A stretch of 64,000 bases of DNA from Eledone cirrhosa. Its lineage: Eukaryota. The stretch covers positions 10,602,001-10,666,000 of the forward strand of contig OZ024759.1 in the NCBI GenBank assembly GCA_964016885.1, written 5' to 3'. A program made the position numbers and the translations under genes. The notes below the pieces were generated by a model. That model ran no database searches. It saw only the letters and a program-made list of their open reading frames with translations, and had not been told where the DNA came from. Of this stretch, positions 12,930-27,785 are shown in pieces; position 1 is the stretch's first letter, and each line of letters begins with the position of its first letter.

Positions 12930-13261
12930 ATGTACATAAATATATATATATGTACATACTATATATATATATATATATATTATTCAAAATGTAAACAAAT
13001 GAAAAATATTCACATAATCAAAATATATACTTTATTATATATATTTCAAAGGTACTCTGCTGTTTTTTCAGTACGTCCTCATCAGACAAAATATATGATT
13101 TGATATATGACATACCGCTACAGTCTTGATTATTCAATTCCCGTATTAGCAATACAGGAATTGAATAATCTGTACAGAAAAAACAACACAGTACCTTTGA
13201 AATGTATATAATAAAGTATATAATTTGATTATGAGAATATTTTTCATTTGTTAACATTTTG

Positions 13262-13301
<40 letters not shown>

Positions 13302-13335
13302 TGTACATATATATATATTTATGTACATATATATA
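12930..13335. repeat. Inverted repeat (arms ~12930-13074 and ~13172-13335) in a TA-rich microsatellite
   Basis: TATTCAAAATGTAAACAAATGAAAAATATTC matches GAATATTTTTCATTTGTTAACATTTTGAATA, and the match continues along both arms. Confidence 0.85.
13029..13092 (-). ncRNA. Type I hammerhead ribozyme motif
   Basis: Reverse complement ATTTTGT-CTGATGA-GGACGTAC...GTACCTTT-GAAA-TATATA-TA-ATAAAGT. Stem I pairs, stem III is palindromic, AUA cleavage triplet. Same family as 43521. Confidence 0.65.
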
Positions 13336-13455
13336 TATATATATATGTATGTACATATGTATGTATGTCAGGTCAAACACACATTCTCTGTTTTATATAT
13401 ATAGATATATATATGTATATATGTGTATATATATATATATGGCAGGTCACAAGTT

Positions 13456-14050
13456 GGTGCTACTGGTAACATGTATCCCAGTACAACCTGTCTCATGGTC
13501 GGGTCGTTGGCAACTAAACTGGCAACCCCACCAAGGTTTCTTGATGAGGAGGGTGACTTTGGACATCCTGCAGGACTAAAAACAAAACCTGTCAAAGGGC
13601 AAAGGAGCTCTTAAGAGTCAATGGCCATCCAAAATCACCGATAGAGATGACCCCTTAGCCTTTGTCAAGGCAGAATTCTAGGAGAAGGAAAACTCTGATA
13701 TAACACCTGCAACCCTGATGGTATCCAATGATGTTGACTTGTTCTTCTTTTTGGTAAATATCATCTTGGTTAAGAGAGTGGGACTGGCTTTGTGCAGTGC
13801 CTTTGCTCACTATAAAAGCTTCACGGCACAGGCATTGCTTTATATCTGGAGATCTCTCTGCACTTGTCCTCACATGGTACCATGGGCCCAGCACTATGTG
13901 TCAATAATTGTCACAGGTGTAGTGTTTGTACCAGAGTTTTCAAGTCGCTGGCTGGACTAAAAAGTCACACTCATTCAGCGCATCGGTAGGGGTTCTCCTA
14001 CATGGATATAAAGTAGTGGCCATACTTGAAAACGAGTTGGCAGCCACCAC
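13456..14050. mobile_element. Unclassified dispersed repeat (second copy at 63539-64000)
   Basis: Near-identical direct copy about 50 kb away. No recognisable protein motif. Confidence 0.8.
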
Positions 14051-14663
14051 ATATATATATATCTATGTACATATGTATATATGTATGTATGTTATCTCTT
14101 TCTCTTAATTTCGAGTATATTTTTTTGACTAGCCATCTTCCTGGTGGCAAGGTTGTAAAAGAAAAGAAATTGTCATCCCTTGAATCGCAAGAATGTTTTG
14201 CAAATTTTGAAGGTGCCAGCTATCGCAGCCATTTGTAGACTATGAATTAGGGAGCTGGGCTCTTATGTATGTATGTATGTATATATCCACAGAAAAAGCA
14301 CCCAGCACTCACTGTAAATGAGGTTGGTGTTAGGAAGGGCATCCAGCTGTAGAAATCAAGCCAAAATCGGTTCCTGTATGAGCAAGACAAGGTCAGCCGA
14401 CCAGACACTGCCCACAACAGGACAACCCGTCTAACCCATGCTAGCATGGAAGAACGGACGTAAAACGGTGATGATCATGATGATGATGAGAGAGAGAGAG
14501 AGAGAGAAATATACACGGGTGTGTATGATTGTGTATAGAAGATTATATTAATAAAAGGAATTCCAACTTTGTCCGATTTACTCGTTTTATTTACAATCCT
14601 TTAAAATTTATAATGGTATTAGAATGAAATAGTATGGTAGAATATTAAATGTCAAGTGTTTAT

Positions 14664-14702
14664 TGAACAAGTACTTTCATGCTTTCGCAATCTTCAGGTT
14701 CA
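14664..14702 (-). ncRNA. Minimal type I hammerhead ribozyme motif
   Basis: Reverse complement TGAAC-CTGAAGA-T-TGC(GAAA)GCA-T-GAAA-GTAC-TT-GTTCA. Perfect 5-bp stem I, GNRA-capped stem II, palindromic AAGTACTT stem III. Confidence 0.7.
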
Positions 14703-14768
14703 TACTGTACAGTCAAGTATGCCATTTTCAGCTGTGAAAATTGCAAACTTGACTGTCACCACGCAATA

Positions 14769-14807
14769 TGAAGCTGAAGATTGCGAAAGCATGAAAGTAC
14801 TTGTTCA
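14769..14807 (+). ncRNA. Minimal type I hammerhead ribozyme motif (mirror copy)
   Basis: TGAAG-CTGAAGA-TTGCGAAAGCAT-GAAA-GTAC-TT-GTTCA, with one mismatch at the stem I closing pair. Confidence 0.6.
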
Positions 14808-15379
14808 ATTAACACTTGACATTTAATATTCTACTATACTATTTCATTCTAATACCATTATAAATTTGAAAGGATTGTAAATAAAACAAGTAAATCAAAG
14901 TTTGAATTCCTTTTATTAATATAATCTTCTATACACAATCATACACACCCGTGTATATTTCTCTCTCTCTCTCTCTCTCTCTCATCATCATCATGATCAT
15001 CACCGTTTTACGTCCGTTCTTCCATGCTAGCATGGGTTAGACGGGTTGTCCTGTTGTGGGCAGTGTCTGGTCGGCTGACCTTGTCTTGCTCATACAGGAA
15101 CCGATTTTGGCTTGATTTCTACAGCTGGATGCCCTTCCTAACACCAACCTCATTTACAGTGAGTGCTGGGTGCTTTTTCCGTGGATATATACATACATAC
15201 ATACATAAGAGCCCAGCTCCCTAATTCATAGTCTACAAATGGCTGCGGTAGCTGGCACCTTCAAAATTTGCAAAACATTCTTGCGATTCAAGGGATGACA
15301 ATTTCTTTTCTTTTACAACCTTGCCACCAGGAAGATGGCTAGTCAAAAAAATATACTCGAAATTAAGAGAAAGAGATAA

Positions 15380-16112
<733 letters not shown>

Positions 16113-16344
16113 ATTGTTACAATAATGTAATGTAATATAATGTATCTTGTCTGCAAAGACTGGGTGGTGGGGTGACAACAACAGTGACCCTGGAGATAAG
16201 ATATTCTATAGTGAAGTAACATGATATCCCACATTATATAAAAGTGTCGGATTGGCAGTATCGGTAGAGCGTAGGACTTTGTGACAGAGTTATGAATCTT
16301 TACGTTCTGTGTTCAAATCCTGCTGAGGTTAACTTTGCCCTTCC

Positions 16345-18398
16345 TTAAGCTTTAGCATTCACATTATATATACTATTGTATTGTCACAGTAAAGGCTTTA
16401 CCTCACATAATATCTCACATAACATTTACATTACTCTACATATACTATTGTATTGTCACAGTAAAGGCTTTACCTCACATAATATCTCTCACAACATTTA
16501 CATTACTTTATATATACTATTGTATTGTCACAGTAAAGGCTTTACCTCACATAATATCTCACAACATTTACATTACTCGATATATACTATTGTATTGTCA
16601 CAGTAAAGGCTTTACCTCACATAATATCTCACATAACATTTACATTACTCTATATATACTATTGTATTTTCACAGTAAAGGCTTTACCTCACATAATATC
16701 TCACATAACATTTACATTACTCTATATATACTATTGTATTGTCACAGTAAAGGCTTTACCTCACATAATATCTCACATAACATTTACATTACTCTATATA
16801 TACTATTGTATTTTCACAGTAAAGGCTTTACCTCACATAATATCTCACATAACATTTACATTACTCTATATATACTATTGTATTGTCACAGTAAAGGCTT
16901 TACCTCACATAATATCTCACATAACATTTACATTACTCTATATATACTATTGTATTGTCACAGTAAAGGCTTTACCTCACATAATATCTCACATAACATT
17001 CACATTACTCTATATATACTATTGTATTGTCACAGTAAAGGCTTTACCTCACATAATATCTCACATAACATTTACATTACTCTATATATACTATTGTATT
17101 GTCACAGTAAAGGCTTTACCTCACATAATATCTCACATAACATTTACATTACTCTATATATACTATTGTATTTTCACAGTAAAGGCTTTACCTCACATAA
17201 TATCTCACATAACATTTACATTACTCTATATATACTATTGTATTGTCACAGTAAAGGCTTTACCTCACATAACATTTACATTACTCTATATATACTATTG
17301 TATTTTCACAGTAAAGGCTTTACCTCACATAATATCTCACATAACATTTACATTACTCTATATATACTATTGTATTGTCACAGTAAAGGCTTTACCTCAC
17401 ATAATATCTCACATAACATTTACATTACTCTATATATACTATTGTATTGTCACAGTAAAGGCTTTACCTCACATAATATCTCACATAATATTTACATTAC
17501 TCTATACATACTATTGTATTTTCACAGTAAAGGCTTTACCTCACATAATATCTCACATAACATTTACATTACTCTATATATACTATTGTATTGTCACAGT
17601 AAAGGCTTTACCTCACATAATATCTCACATAACATTTACATTACTCTATATATACTATTGTATTGTCACAGTAAAGGCTTTACCTCACATAATATCTCAC
17701 ATAACATTTACATTACTCTATATATACTATTGTATTTTCATGGTAAATGCTTTACCTCACATAATATCTCACATAACATTTACATTACTCTATATATACT
17801 ATTGTATTTTCACAGTAAAGGCTTTACCTCACATAATATCTCACATAACATTTACATTACTCTATATATACTATTGTATTGTCACAGTAAAGGCTTTACC
17901 TCACATAATATCTCACATAACATTTACATTACTCTATATATACTATTGTATTTTCATGGTAAAGGCTTTACCTCACATAATATCTCACATAACATTTACA
18001 TTACTCTATATATACTATTGTATTGTCACAGTAAAGGCTTTACCTCACATAATATCTCACATAACATTTACATTACTCTATATATACTATTGTATTTTCA
18101 TGGTAAAGGCTTTACCTCACATAATATCTCACATAACATTTACATTACTCTATATATACTATTGTATTGTCACAGTAAAGGCTTTACCTCACATAATATC
18201 TCATAACATTTACATTATTCTATATATACTATTATATTTTCATGGTAAACTCTTTATCTCACATAATATCGAATCTATGAGATTTTGAAAGTATTTATTT
18301 TGAGAACAATTGCTTAACATCAGTATGAGTGGCCAGTTACAGTGAGTTTCAACAGAAAAAGGTAGAGAATTCTGGCCGGTTTGAACATTAAAGGGTTA
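16345..18398 (+). mobile_element. piggyBac-type MITE with an internal 72-bp unit expanded about 26 times
   Basis: Degenerate TTAA-.CTTTAGCATT ... TAAAGGG-TTA ends. The body matches the unexpanded 217-bp copy at 61639-61855. Confidence 0.8.
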
Positions 18399-18692
18399 TA
18401 GTCGTGTCATCCAGTGCTGAGCTCCAAAAACTGTGTTTCTGCTGTGAGCCAGGCTCCCATACTGTGGTCCAGCACCTATCCTTTCTCATAGCAGCATTAT
18501 CCAGTACCGGGCCCCTAAACTATGGTTGCACTGTGAGATGGGTTCAGCATGGCCACCCGGCCTGTCCCTCCCGATGGTGGTAACATCTGATACTGGGCCA
18601 AAATCAAATTTTCATGAGGAATAAAATCGAGATTTTATTTTTGTTTTATCTTAACAACATAAAATCAATAAATATTCAAATAAACACCATAT

Positions 18693-19106
18693 CCGAAACC
18701 TACAGTCAGTAGGCACCTCTTAGTCAAATATACATCCCCATCCCACTACCTCAACTACACCCCCCCTCTCCCACTCCACCCCACCCCATCTACACCACCC
18801 CTTTCTCTGTAAAGTTATGTTGGTGCCACAACATCCAGTCCTAAATAAATGAAGTTATGTATGTGTCACGACAAAAAAAAACACACAGTCCACGCTGTAA
18901 TGTGGCCATGTAGGTAACACGGTATAAACCTCCCAGTCCTCACTGTAAACGTGGTTGGTGTTAGGAAGGGCATCCGTCCGTAGAAAACCTGCCAGACAGT
19001 CCTATACGAGCAAGACAACCAATCTTGCCTAGAGTAGGACAACTCCCGTCTAAACCCATGCTAGCGTGGAATATGGACGTTAAATGATGATGATGATGAT
19101 GATGAT
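18693..19106 (+). mobile_element. RTE LINE 3' UTR fragment
   Basis: Matches 12310-12686 and ends in (ATG)n. Confidence 0.8.
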
Positions 19107-19559
19107 CTGGTATAATTAGTCACATGTCCACCTGTACAGGTGTCTCTACCTCTACACATGAGGTGTCAGATTTCAAATCCACCCTTCACCTAAATATCTG
19201 TAGAAAAAACAAAAGAAAAAAACTGATGAAATATAATTTTTCTGACACACCTTGAAATTATTGGCAAAATAAGGTCAGAAATCAGGTTGGGTTGCATGTT
19301 TGTGAATTAGTGGCACAAATATTTGGGATCATCATCATCTAGTTTTTGATTATGCAAGACACAATTTATCTCTAAGTAAGGGTGGGTCCTGCTTGACAGC
19401 GCTCTGTAGCTTCCCACTCCATGTGTCCACCGGTCTCACTTGGGCCAGGCCAAGCCTAGCTTGATCCTGATGGACATCCTCCATCCAAGTCCTATTTGGT
19501 CTTCCTGGGTCTCTACTGCTTCCTAGATCGACATCATTTTGCTGATCCAGCCCTCATTG

Positions 19560-21600
19560 CACTCACAATGGCCGTACCAGCGCGGGTTTGTAGCACAAAT
19601 ATTTGAGTTGCAATTTTGTGAATATTTGCTTGGCTGTGTTTGAAGCGAAAACCGCACTGTTCATTAGCTAGCTTGGACTCAACACTCTCCCAACATCTCT
19701 TCATCAAACACTTAGCATAGACTTTACTGAGGAGCTCCAATACTATGGGCATGTAGTTAGAATGTCTTAGGAAAGAATCACTGGACAGATTTGTAGCTCG
19801 GAGATCAGAGAGTCACACCAAGTAGAGCTGCTACTTCTCTGAATTGAGAGATCGCAGCTCTGATACTATGGGCACGTATTTAAAATGTCTCAGCAAAGAA
19901 TTGCTGGACAGATTTGTAGCTCGGAGATCAGAGAGTCACACCAAGTAGAGCTGCTACTTCTCTGAATTGAGAGATCGCAGCTCTGATACTATGGGCACGT
20001 ATTTAAAATGTCTCAGCAAAGAATTGCTGGACAGATTTGTAGCTCGGAGATCAGAGAGTCACACCAAGTAGAGCTGCTACTTCTCTGAATTGAGAGATCG
20101 CAGCTCTGATACGATGGGCACGTATTTAAAATGTCTCAGGAAAGAATTACTGGACAGATTTGTAGCTCGGAGATCAGAGAGTCACACCAAGTAGAGCTGC
20201 TACTTCTCTGAATTGAGAGATCGCAGCTCTGATACTATGGACATGTGGTTAGAATGTCTCAGGAAAGAATTGCTGGACAGATTTGTAGCTCGGAGATGAG
20301 AGAGTCACACCAGGTAGAGCTGCTACTTCTCTGAATTGAGAGATCACAGCTCTGATACTATGGACATGTGGTTAGAATGTCTCAGGAAAGAATCACTGGA
20401 CAGATTTGTAGCTCGGAGATCAGAGAGTCACACCAAGTAGAGCTGCTACTTCTCTGAATTGTGAGATCACAGCTCTGATACTATGGGCACGTATTTAAAA
20501 TGTCTCAGGAAAGAATTGCTGGACAGATTTGTAGCTCGGAGATGAGAGAGTCACACCAAGTAGAGCTGCTACTTCTCTGAATTGAGAGATCGCAGCTCTG
20601 ATACTATGGACATGTGGTTAGAATGTCTCAGGAAAGAATTGCTGGACAGATTTGTAGCTCGGAGATGAGAGAGTCACACCAGGTAGAGCTGCTACTTCTC
20701 TGAATTGAGAGATCGCAGCTCTGATACTATGGACATGTGGTTAGAATGTCTCAGGAAAGAATTGCTGGACAGATTTGTAGCTCGGAGATGAGAGAGTCAC
20801 ACCAAGTAGAGCTGCTACTTCTCTGAATTGAGAGATCGCAGCTCTGATACTATGGACATGTGGTTAGAATGTCTCAGGAAAGAATCACTGGGCAGATTTG
20901 TAGCTCGGAGATGAGAGAGTCACACCAAGTAGAGCTGCTACTTCTCTGAATTGAGAGATCGCAGCTCTGATACTATGGGCACGTATTTAAAATGTCTCAG
21001 GAAAGAATCACTGGACAGATTTGTAGCTCGGAGATCAGAGAGTCACACCAAGTAGAGCTGCTACTTCTCTGAATTGAGAGATCGCAGCTCTGATACTATG
21101 GGCACGTATTTAAAATGTCTCAGGAAAGAATCACTGGACAGATTTGTAGCTCGGAGATCAGAGAGTCACTCCCAGTAGAGCCACTACTTCTCTGAATTGA
21201 GAGATCGCAGCTCTGATACTATGGACATGTGGTTAGAATGTCTCAGGAAAGAATTGCTGGACAGATTTGTAGCTCGGAGATCAGAGGGTCACACCAGGTA
21301 GAGCTGCTACTTCTCTGAATTGAGAGATCACAGCTCTGATACTATGGGCATGAGGTTAGAATGTCTCAGGAAAGAATTGCTGGACAGATTTTACAGGCAA
21401 AACCAACCAGCAGGATACTCAGGGGTAGACCTCGAGCAAGACGGTTGGATAACATTCATGAGCTTGTCTGGTCTTGTTTAGGGATCCAGCTGGATCAGTT
21501 GGAGACGATTGCTTCTGACAGGATCCGCTGGAAGGAGTGTTTCAGGACTCTTCCCCCACAACCCTCTCAGTAATAAGTGGGCCAAGAAGAGGAAGACAGA
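19560..21600 (+). mobile_element. RTE-clade LINE remnant with inverted 5' RT fragment and internal 123-bp tandem array
   Basis: Minus-strand piece SKVYAKCL...EQCGFR (19640-19735). Plus strand has 13 units of SSEIRE..IERSQL.YYGHVVRMSQERIAGQI running into RGRPRARRLDNI...LPPQP. Confidence 0.85.
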
Positions 21601-21742
21601 AAAAGATGATAATAATAATAATGGTTTCTTTTATTGACCACAAGGGGCCCAACACATTGGGGAGGATACAAAGACTTATTTCTTAGTTCTGCTGAAGATA
21701 TCAATATTAACATAAAATTAAGGCAACATTTCTTTCAAAATA

Positions 21743-22752
21743 GTTTCTTGGGTGTTTTAATGATAGGGACCCCAGTCCTATCATGTTGTTACAGTTCAGA
21801 CCTAAGTAGGTTTAGCTGGTCTCCTACAAGATTGTATCTTATGGAAGGTTTCTTGGGTGTTTTAATGATAGGGACCCCAGTCCTATCATGTTGTTACAGT
21901 TCAGACCTAAGTAGGTTTGGCTGGTCTCCTACAAGATTGTATCTCATGGAAGGTTTCTTGGGTGTTTTAATGATAGGGACCCCAGTCCTATCATGTTGTT
22001 ACAGTTCAGACCTAAGTAGGTTGAGCTGGTCTCCTACAAGATTGTATCTTATGGAAGGTTTCTTGGGTGTTTTAATGATAGGGACCCCAGTCCTATCATG
22101 TTGTTACAGTTCAGACCTAAGTAGGTTGAGCTGGTCTCCTACAAGATTGTATCTTATGGAAGGTTTCTTGGGTGTTTTAATGATAGGGACCCCAGTCCTA
22201 TCATGTTGTTACAGTTCAGACCTAAGTAGGTTTAGCTGGTCTCCTACAAGATTGTATCTCATGGAAGGTTTCCAGGGTATTTTAATGATAGGGACCCCAG
22301 TCCTATCATGTTGTTACAGTTCAGACCTATGTAGGTTTAGCTGGTCTCCTACAAGGATGTATCTCATGGAAGGTTTCTTGGGTGTTTTAATGATAGGGAC
22401 CCCAGTCCTATCATGTTGTTACAGTTCAGACCTAAGTAGGTTTAGCTGGTCTCCTACAAGATTGTATCTCATGGAAGGTTTCTTGGGTGTTTTAATGATA
22501 GGGACCCCAGTCCTATCATGTTGTTACAGTTCAGACCTATGTAGGTTTAGCTGGTCTCCTACAAGATTGTATCTTATGGAAGGTTTCTTGGGTGTTTTAA
22601 TGATAGGGACCCCAGTCCTATCATGTTGTTACAGTTCAGACCTATGTAGGTTTAGCTGGTCTCCTACAAGATTGTATCTTATGGAAGGTTTCTTGGGTGT
22701 TTTAATGATAGGGACCCCAGTCCTATCATGTTGTTACAGTTCAGACCTATGT
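21743..22752. repeat. 105-bp minisatellite (~9.5 copies)
   Basis: The unit contains the hairpin TGATAGGGACCCCAGTCCTATCA. A diverged inverted array lies at 34465-34985. Confidence 0.95.
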
Positions 22753-22944
22753 ATGGTCTTGTATATGACATAACACAGACAAACAGACATTGCTGATGAA
22801 TAGAGAAGCATAGAGATGATGAGAACACGCACATACATACATAGACACATACACACACGTATATATATATACATGCACACACATTGTCATACAGAAGTAT
22901 AGCCACACACATATAGATACATGTACACATACACATTTACAGCA

Positions 22945-25706
22945 CACACATTATCATATAGAAGTAAAGCCACACACAACACATTATCATATAGAAGTAA
23001 AGCCACACACAACACATTATCATATAGAAGTAAAGCCACACACACACATTGTCATATAGAAGTAAAGCCACACACACACACACATATTGTCATATAGAAG
23101 TAAAGCCACACACACACATTATCATATAGAAGTAAAGCCACACACACATACACACACATTGTCAATTAGAAGTAAAGCCACACACACACACACACACATT
23201 ATCATATAGAAGTAAAGCCACACACACACACACACACACATTGTCATATAGAAGTAAAGCCACACACACATACACACACATTGTCATATAGAAGTAAAGC
23301 CACACACACACATACACACACATTGTCACATAGAAGTAAAGCCACACACACACACACACACACACTATCATATAGAAGTAAAGCCACACACATACACACA
23401 TTATCATATAGAAGTAAAGCCACACACACACACACACACACATTGTCATATAGAAGTAAAGCCACACACACACACACACACATTGTCATATAGAAGTAAA
23501 GCCACACACACACACACATTATCATATAGAAGTAAAGCCACACACACACACACACATACACACATTATCATATAGAAGTAAAGCCACACACACACACACA
23601 TTATCATATAGAAGTAAAGCCACACACACACATACACACATTATCATATAGAAGTAAAGCCACACACAACACATTATCATATAGAAGTAAAGCCACACAC
23701 ACACATACACACATTATCATATAGAACTAAAGCCACACACACACATTATCATATAGAAGTAAAGCCACACACATACACACACACACATTGTCATATAGAA
23801 GTAAAGCCACACACACACACATTGTCATATAGAAGTAAAGCCACACACACACACACACACATTGTCATATAGAAGTAAAGCCACACACACACACACACAC
23901 ATTGTCATATAGAAGTAAAGCCACACACACACACACACACACATTATCATATAGAAGTAAAGCCACACACATACACACACACACATTATCATATAGAAGT
24001 AAAGCCACACACATACACACACACACATTATCATATAGAAGTAAAGCCACACACATACACACACACACATTATCATATAGAAGTAAAGCCACACACATAC
24101 ACACACACACATTATCATATAGAAGTAAAGCCACACACAACACATTATCATATAGAAGTAAAGCCACACACACACACACACACATTGTCATATAGAAGTA
24201 AAGCCACACACATACACACATTATCATATAGAAGTAAAGCCACACACACACACACACACATTGTCATATAGAAGTAAAGCCACACACACACACACACATT
24301 GTCATATAGAAGTAAAGCCACACACACACACACGCATTATCATATAGAAGTAAAGCCACACACACACACACATTATCATATAGAAGTAAAGCCACACACA
24401 TACACACACACACACATTGTCATATAGAAGTAAAGCCACACACACACACACACATTATCATATAGAAGTAAAGCCACACACACACACACATTATCATATA
24501 GAAGTAAAGCCACACACACACACACATCATATAGAAGTAAAGCCACACACATACACACACACACATTATCATATAGAAGTAAAGCCACACACACACACAC
24601 ATTGTCATATAGAAGTAAAGCCACACACACACACACATTATCATATAGAAGTAAAGCCACACACACACACACACACACACATTATCATATAGAAGTAAAG
24701 CCACACACACACACATTATCATATAGAAGTAAAGCCACACACACACACACACACACACATTATCATATAGAAGTAAAGCCACACACACACACACACATTA
24801 TCATATAGAAGTAAAGCCACACACACACACACACACACACACATTGTCATATAGAAGTAAAGCCACACACACACATTATCATATAGAAGTAAAGCCACAC
24901 ACACACATTATCATATAGAAGTAAAGCCACACACACATTATCATATAGAAGTAAAGCCACACACACACACACACATTGTCATATAGAAGTAAAGCCACAC
25001 ACACATACACACATTATCATATAGAAGTAAAGCCACACACACACACACACATTATCATATAGAAGTAAAGCCACACACACACACACACACACACACATTG
25101 TCATATAGAAGTAAAGCCACACACACACATTATCATATAGAAGTAAAGCCACACACACACATTATCATATAGAAGTAAAGCCACACACACATTATCATAT
25201 AGAAGTAAAGCCACACACACACACACACATTGTCATATAGAAGTAAAGCCACACACACATACACACATTATCATATAGAAGTAAAGCCACACACACACAC
25301 ACACATTATCATATAGAAGTAAAGCCACACACACACACACACATTGTCATATAGAAGTAAAGCCACATACACACACACACACACATTGTCATATAGAAGT
25401 AAAGCCACACACACACTATCATATAGAAGTAAAGCCACACACATACACACATTATCATATAGAAGCCACACACACACACACACACACACACATTATCATA
25501 TAGAAGTAAAGCCACACACACACACACACACATTATTATATAGAAGTAAAGCCACACACACATACACACACATTATCATATAGAAGCCACACACACACAC
25601 ACACATTATCATATAGAAGTAAAGCCACACACACATACACACACATTGTCATATAGAAGTAAAGCCACATACACACACACACACACATTGTCATATAGAA
25701 GTAAAG

Positions 25707-25748
<42 letters not shown>
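22945..25748. repeat. Minisatellite of constant ATTRTCATATAGAAGTAAAGC plus variable (CA)n
   Basis: Dozens of units with variable CA length. Confidence 0.97.
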
Positions 25749-25809
25749 TTACATGCAATTATAATCAATATGTAAAATGCTAATAATAGCTGTTCTAAAT
25801 GACATGTAT

Positions 25810-26170
25810 GAGAGGGGGAGAGAGAGGGGGAGAGAGAGGAAAGGTGTGTGTGTGTGAGAGAGAGAGAGAGAGCATATATATAAGAGAGAGAGAGCATATA
25901 TGTGAGAGAGAGCATATATGTGTGAAAGAGAGAGAGCATATGTGTGTGTGAGAGAGAGAGAGAGAGAGCATATATGTGAGAGAGAGAGAGAGAGAGAGAG
26001 CATATGTGAGAGAGAGAGAGAGAGAGAGAGAGCATATATGTGAGAGAGAGAGCATATGTGTGAGAGAGAGAGAGAGAGCATATATGTGAGAGAGAGAGAG
26101 CGAGAGAGCATATGTATGTGTGAGAGAGAGAGCATGAGTGAAAGAAAGAGTGTATGTGTGAGAGAGTGTC
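25810..26170. repeat. (GA)n-GCATATATGT compound repeat
   Basis: Direct inspection. Confidence 0.9.
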
Positions 26171-26476
26171 AAACAGCAGGTGGTGGTGGTGGTGAAGGGG
26201 GGGGGGGTGAAAGGAGCTTGTGAATGACAGTCAAAGAGGGGAAGGGTTAATGTGGGAGGGGGTGGGGTAATGCGGGCGGAGAAGGTCGGTAATGTGGGAG
26301 GGGGAGGAAGCAGTATAATAAGAATGAATGGAAAGTGGATTACGTTGTTGTTTGTGTTGCTGTTGTTGTTGTTACGTCACAAAACATTGGAGTAGAAATA
26401 AATATTCAGAAAAAAATGAACAAGTTTCATATTTTGACTTGTTTCTACCATTAATTTTAGCAGACGACAGCAATAG

Positions 26477-27620
26477 ATGATGATGATGATGGTGGTGGTG
26501 GTGGTGGTGGTGGTGGTAGTGGTGGTAGTGTTGTGGTGGTGGTGGTGGTAGTGTTGTGGTGGTGGTGTGGTGGTGGTGGTTGTGTGTAGTGGTGGTGGTG
26601 TGGTGGTGGTGGTGGTGGTGGTGGTGGTTGTGGTGGTAATGGTGGTGGTGGTTGTGTGTAGTGGTGGTGGTGATGGTGGTGGCGGCGGTGGTGATGGTAA
26701 TGGTAATGGTGGTGGTGAGTGGTGGTGGTGGTAGTGGTGGTGGTGGTAATGGTAGTAGTGGTGGTGGTGGTAATGGTAATGGTGGTGGTGGTGGTAATGG
26801 TGGTGGTAGTGGTGGTGGTGATAGTGGTGGTGGTAGTAGTGGTGGTGGTTGTGTGTAGTGGTGGTGGTGATAGTGGTGGTAGTAGTGGTGGTGGTGGTAA
26901 TGGTGGTGGTGATAGTGGTGGTGGTGATAGTGGTGGTGGTAATGGTGGTGGTGATAGTGGTGGTGGTGATGATAGTGGTGATAGTGGTGGTGGTGGTGGT
27001 GATGATAGTGGTGATAGTGGTGGTGGTGGTGGTGGTGGTAATGGTGGTGGTGGTGGTGATGATGGTGGTGGTGGTGGTGGTAATGGTGATGGTGGTGGTG
27101 GTGATGGTGGTGGTGGTGGTGGTGGTGGTGATGATGGTGGTGGTGGTGGTGGTGGTGGTGGTGGTGGTGATGATGGTGGTGGTGGTGGTGATGATGGTGG
27201 TGGTGGTGGTGGTAATGGTGCTGGTGGTGGTGGTGGTGGTGGTGGTGGTACTGGTGGTGGTGGTGGTAATGGTGGTGGTGGTGGTGGTGGTGGTGGTAAT
27301 GGTGGTGGCAGCAGTGGTGGTGGTGGTGGTAGAGGTAGTGGTGGTGGTAGTGGTGGCAGCAGTGGTGGTGGTGGTGGTGGTGGCAGTGATGGTGGTGGTT
27401 GTAATAGTGGTTGTGGTGATGGTGATGCTAGTGATGGTGGTGGTAGTGGTGGTGGTGGTGGTGGTGATGCTAGTGGTTGCGGTGATGATGATGATGCTAG
27501 TGGTGATGGTGATGATGATGATGCTAGTGATGGTGGTGGTGGTGGTGGTGATGCTAGTGATTGCGGTGATGCCAGTGGTTGTGGTGGTGATGATGATGGT
27601 GATAGTGATGGTGGTGATGA
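26477..27620. repeat. Degenerate (GGT)n trinucleotide tract
   Basis: GGT/GAT/AGT triplets that generate spurious poly-Gly/Pro/Val ORFs. Confidence 0.92.
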
Positions 27621-27785
27621 TAACGAGGAATACAACAGTAATGATTTATAATAACGATGATACAATGATTAAGTAATCAAGCTAATTCTAGCAACAATCA
27701 TGACACACTTCCAATCTCCTAGTTGAACTCATCCTGTACCACATCTAACCACATTAGCAAGACTACATCACATTATATATATACG

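Noticed and set aside
16590-18206. 538-aa ORF
   Set aside because: Translation of a 72-bp minisatellite inside a MITE. The frame is open only because the unit is a multiple of 3.
21634-22773. 379-aa repeat ORF
   Set aside because: Translation of the 105-bp satellite. The related inverted array does not preserve the frame.
22945-25748. CRISPR-like constant repeat with variable spacer
   Set aside because: The spacers are only (CA)n of varying length, the context is eukaryotic, and no cas genes are present.
26457-27676. Pro-rich (formin/extensin-like) and Gly-rich ORFs
   Set aside because: A (GGT)n tract open in several frames, with no codon diversity or convincing exon boundaries.
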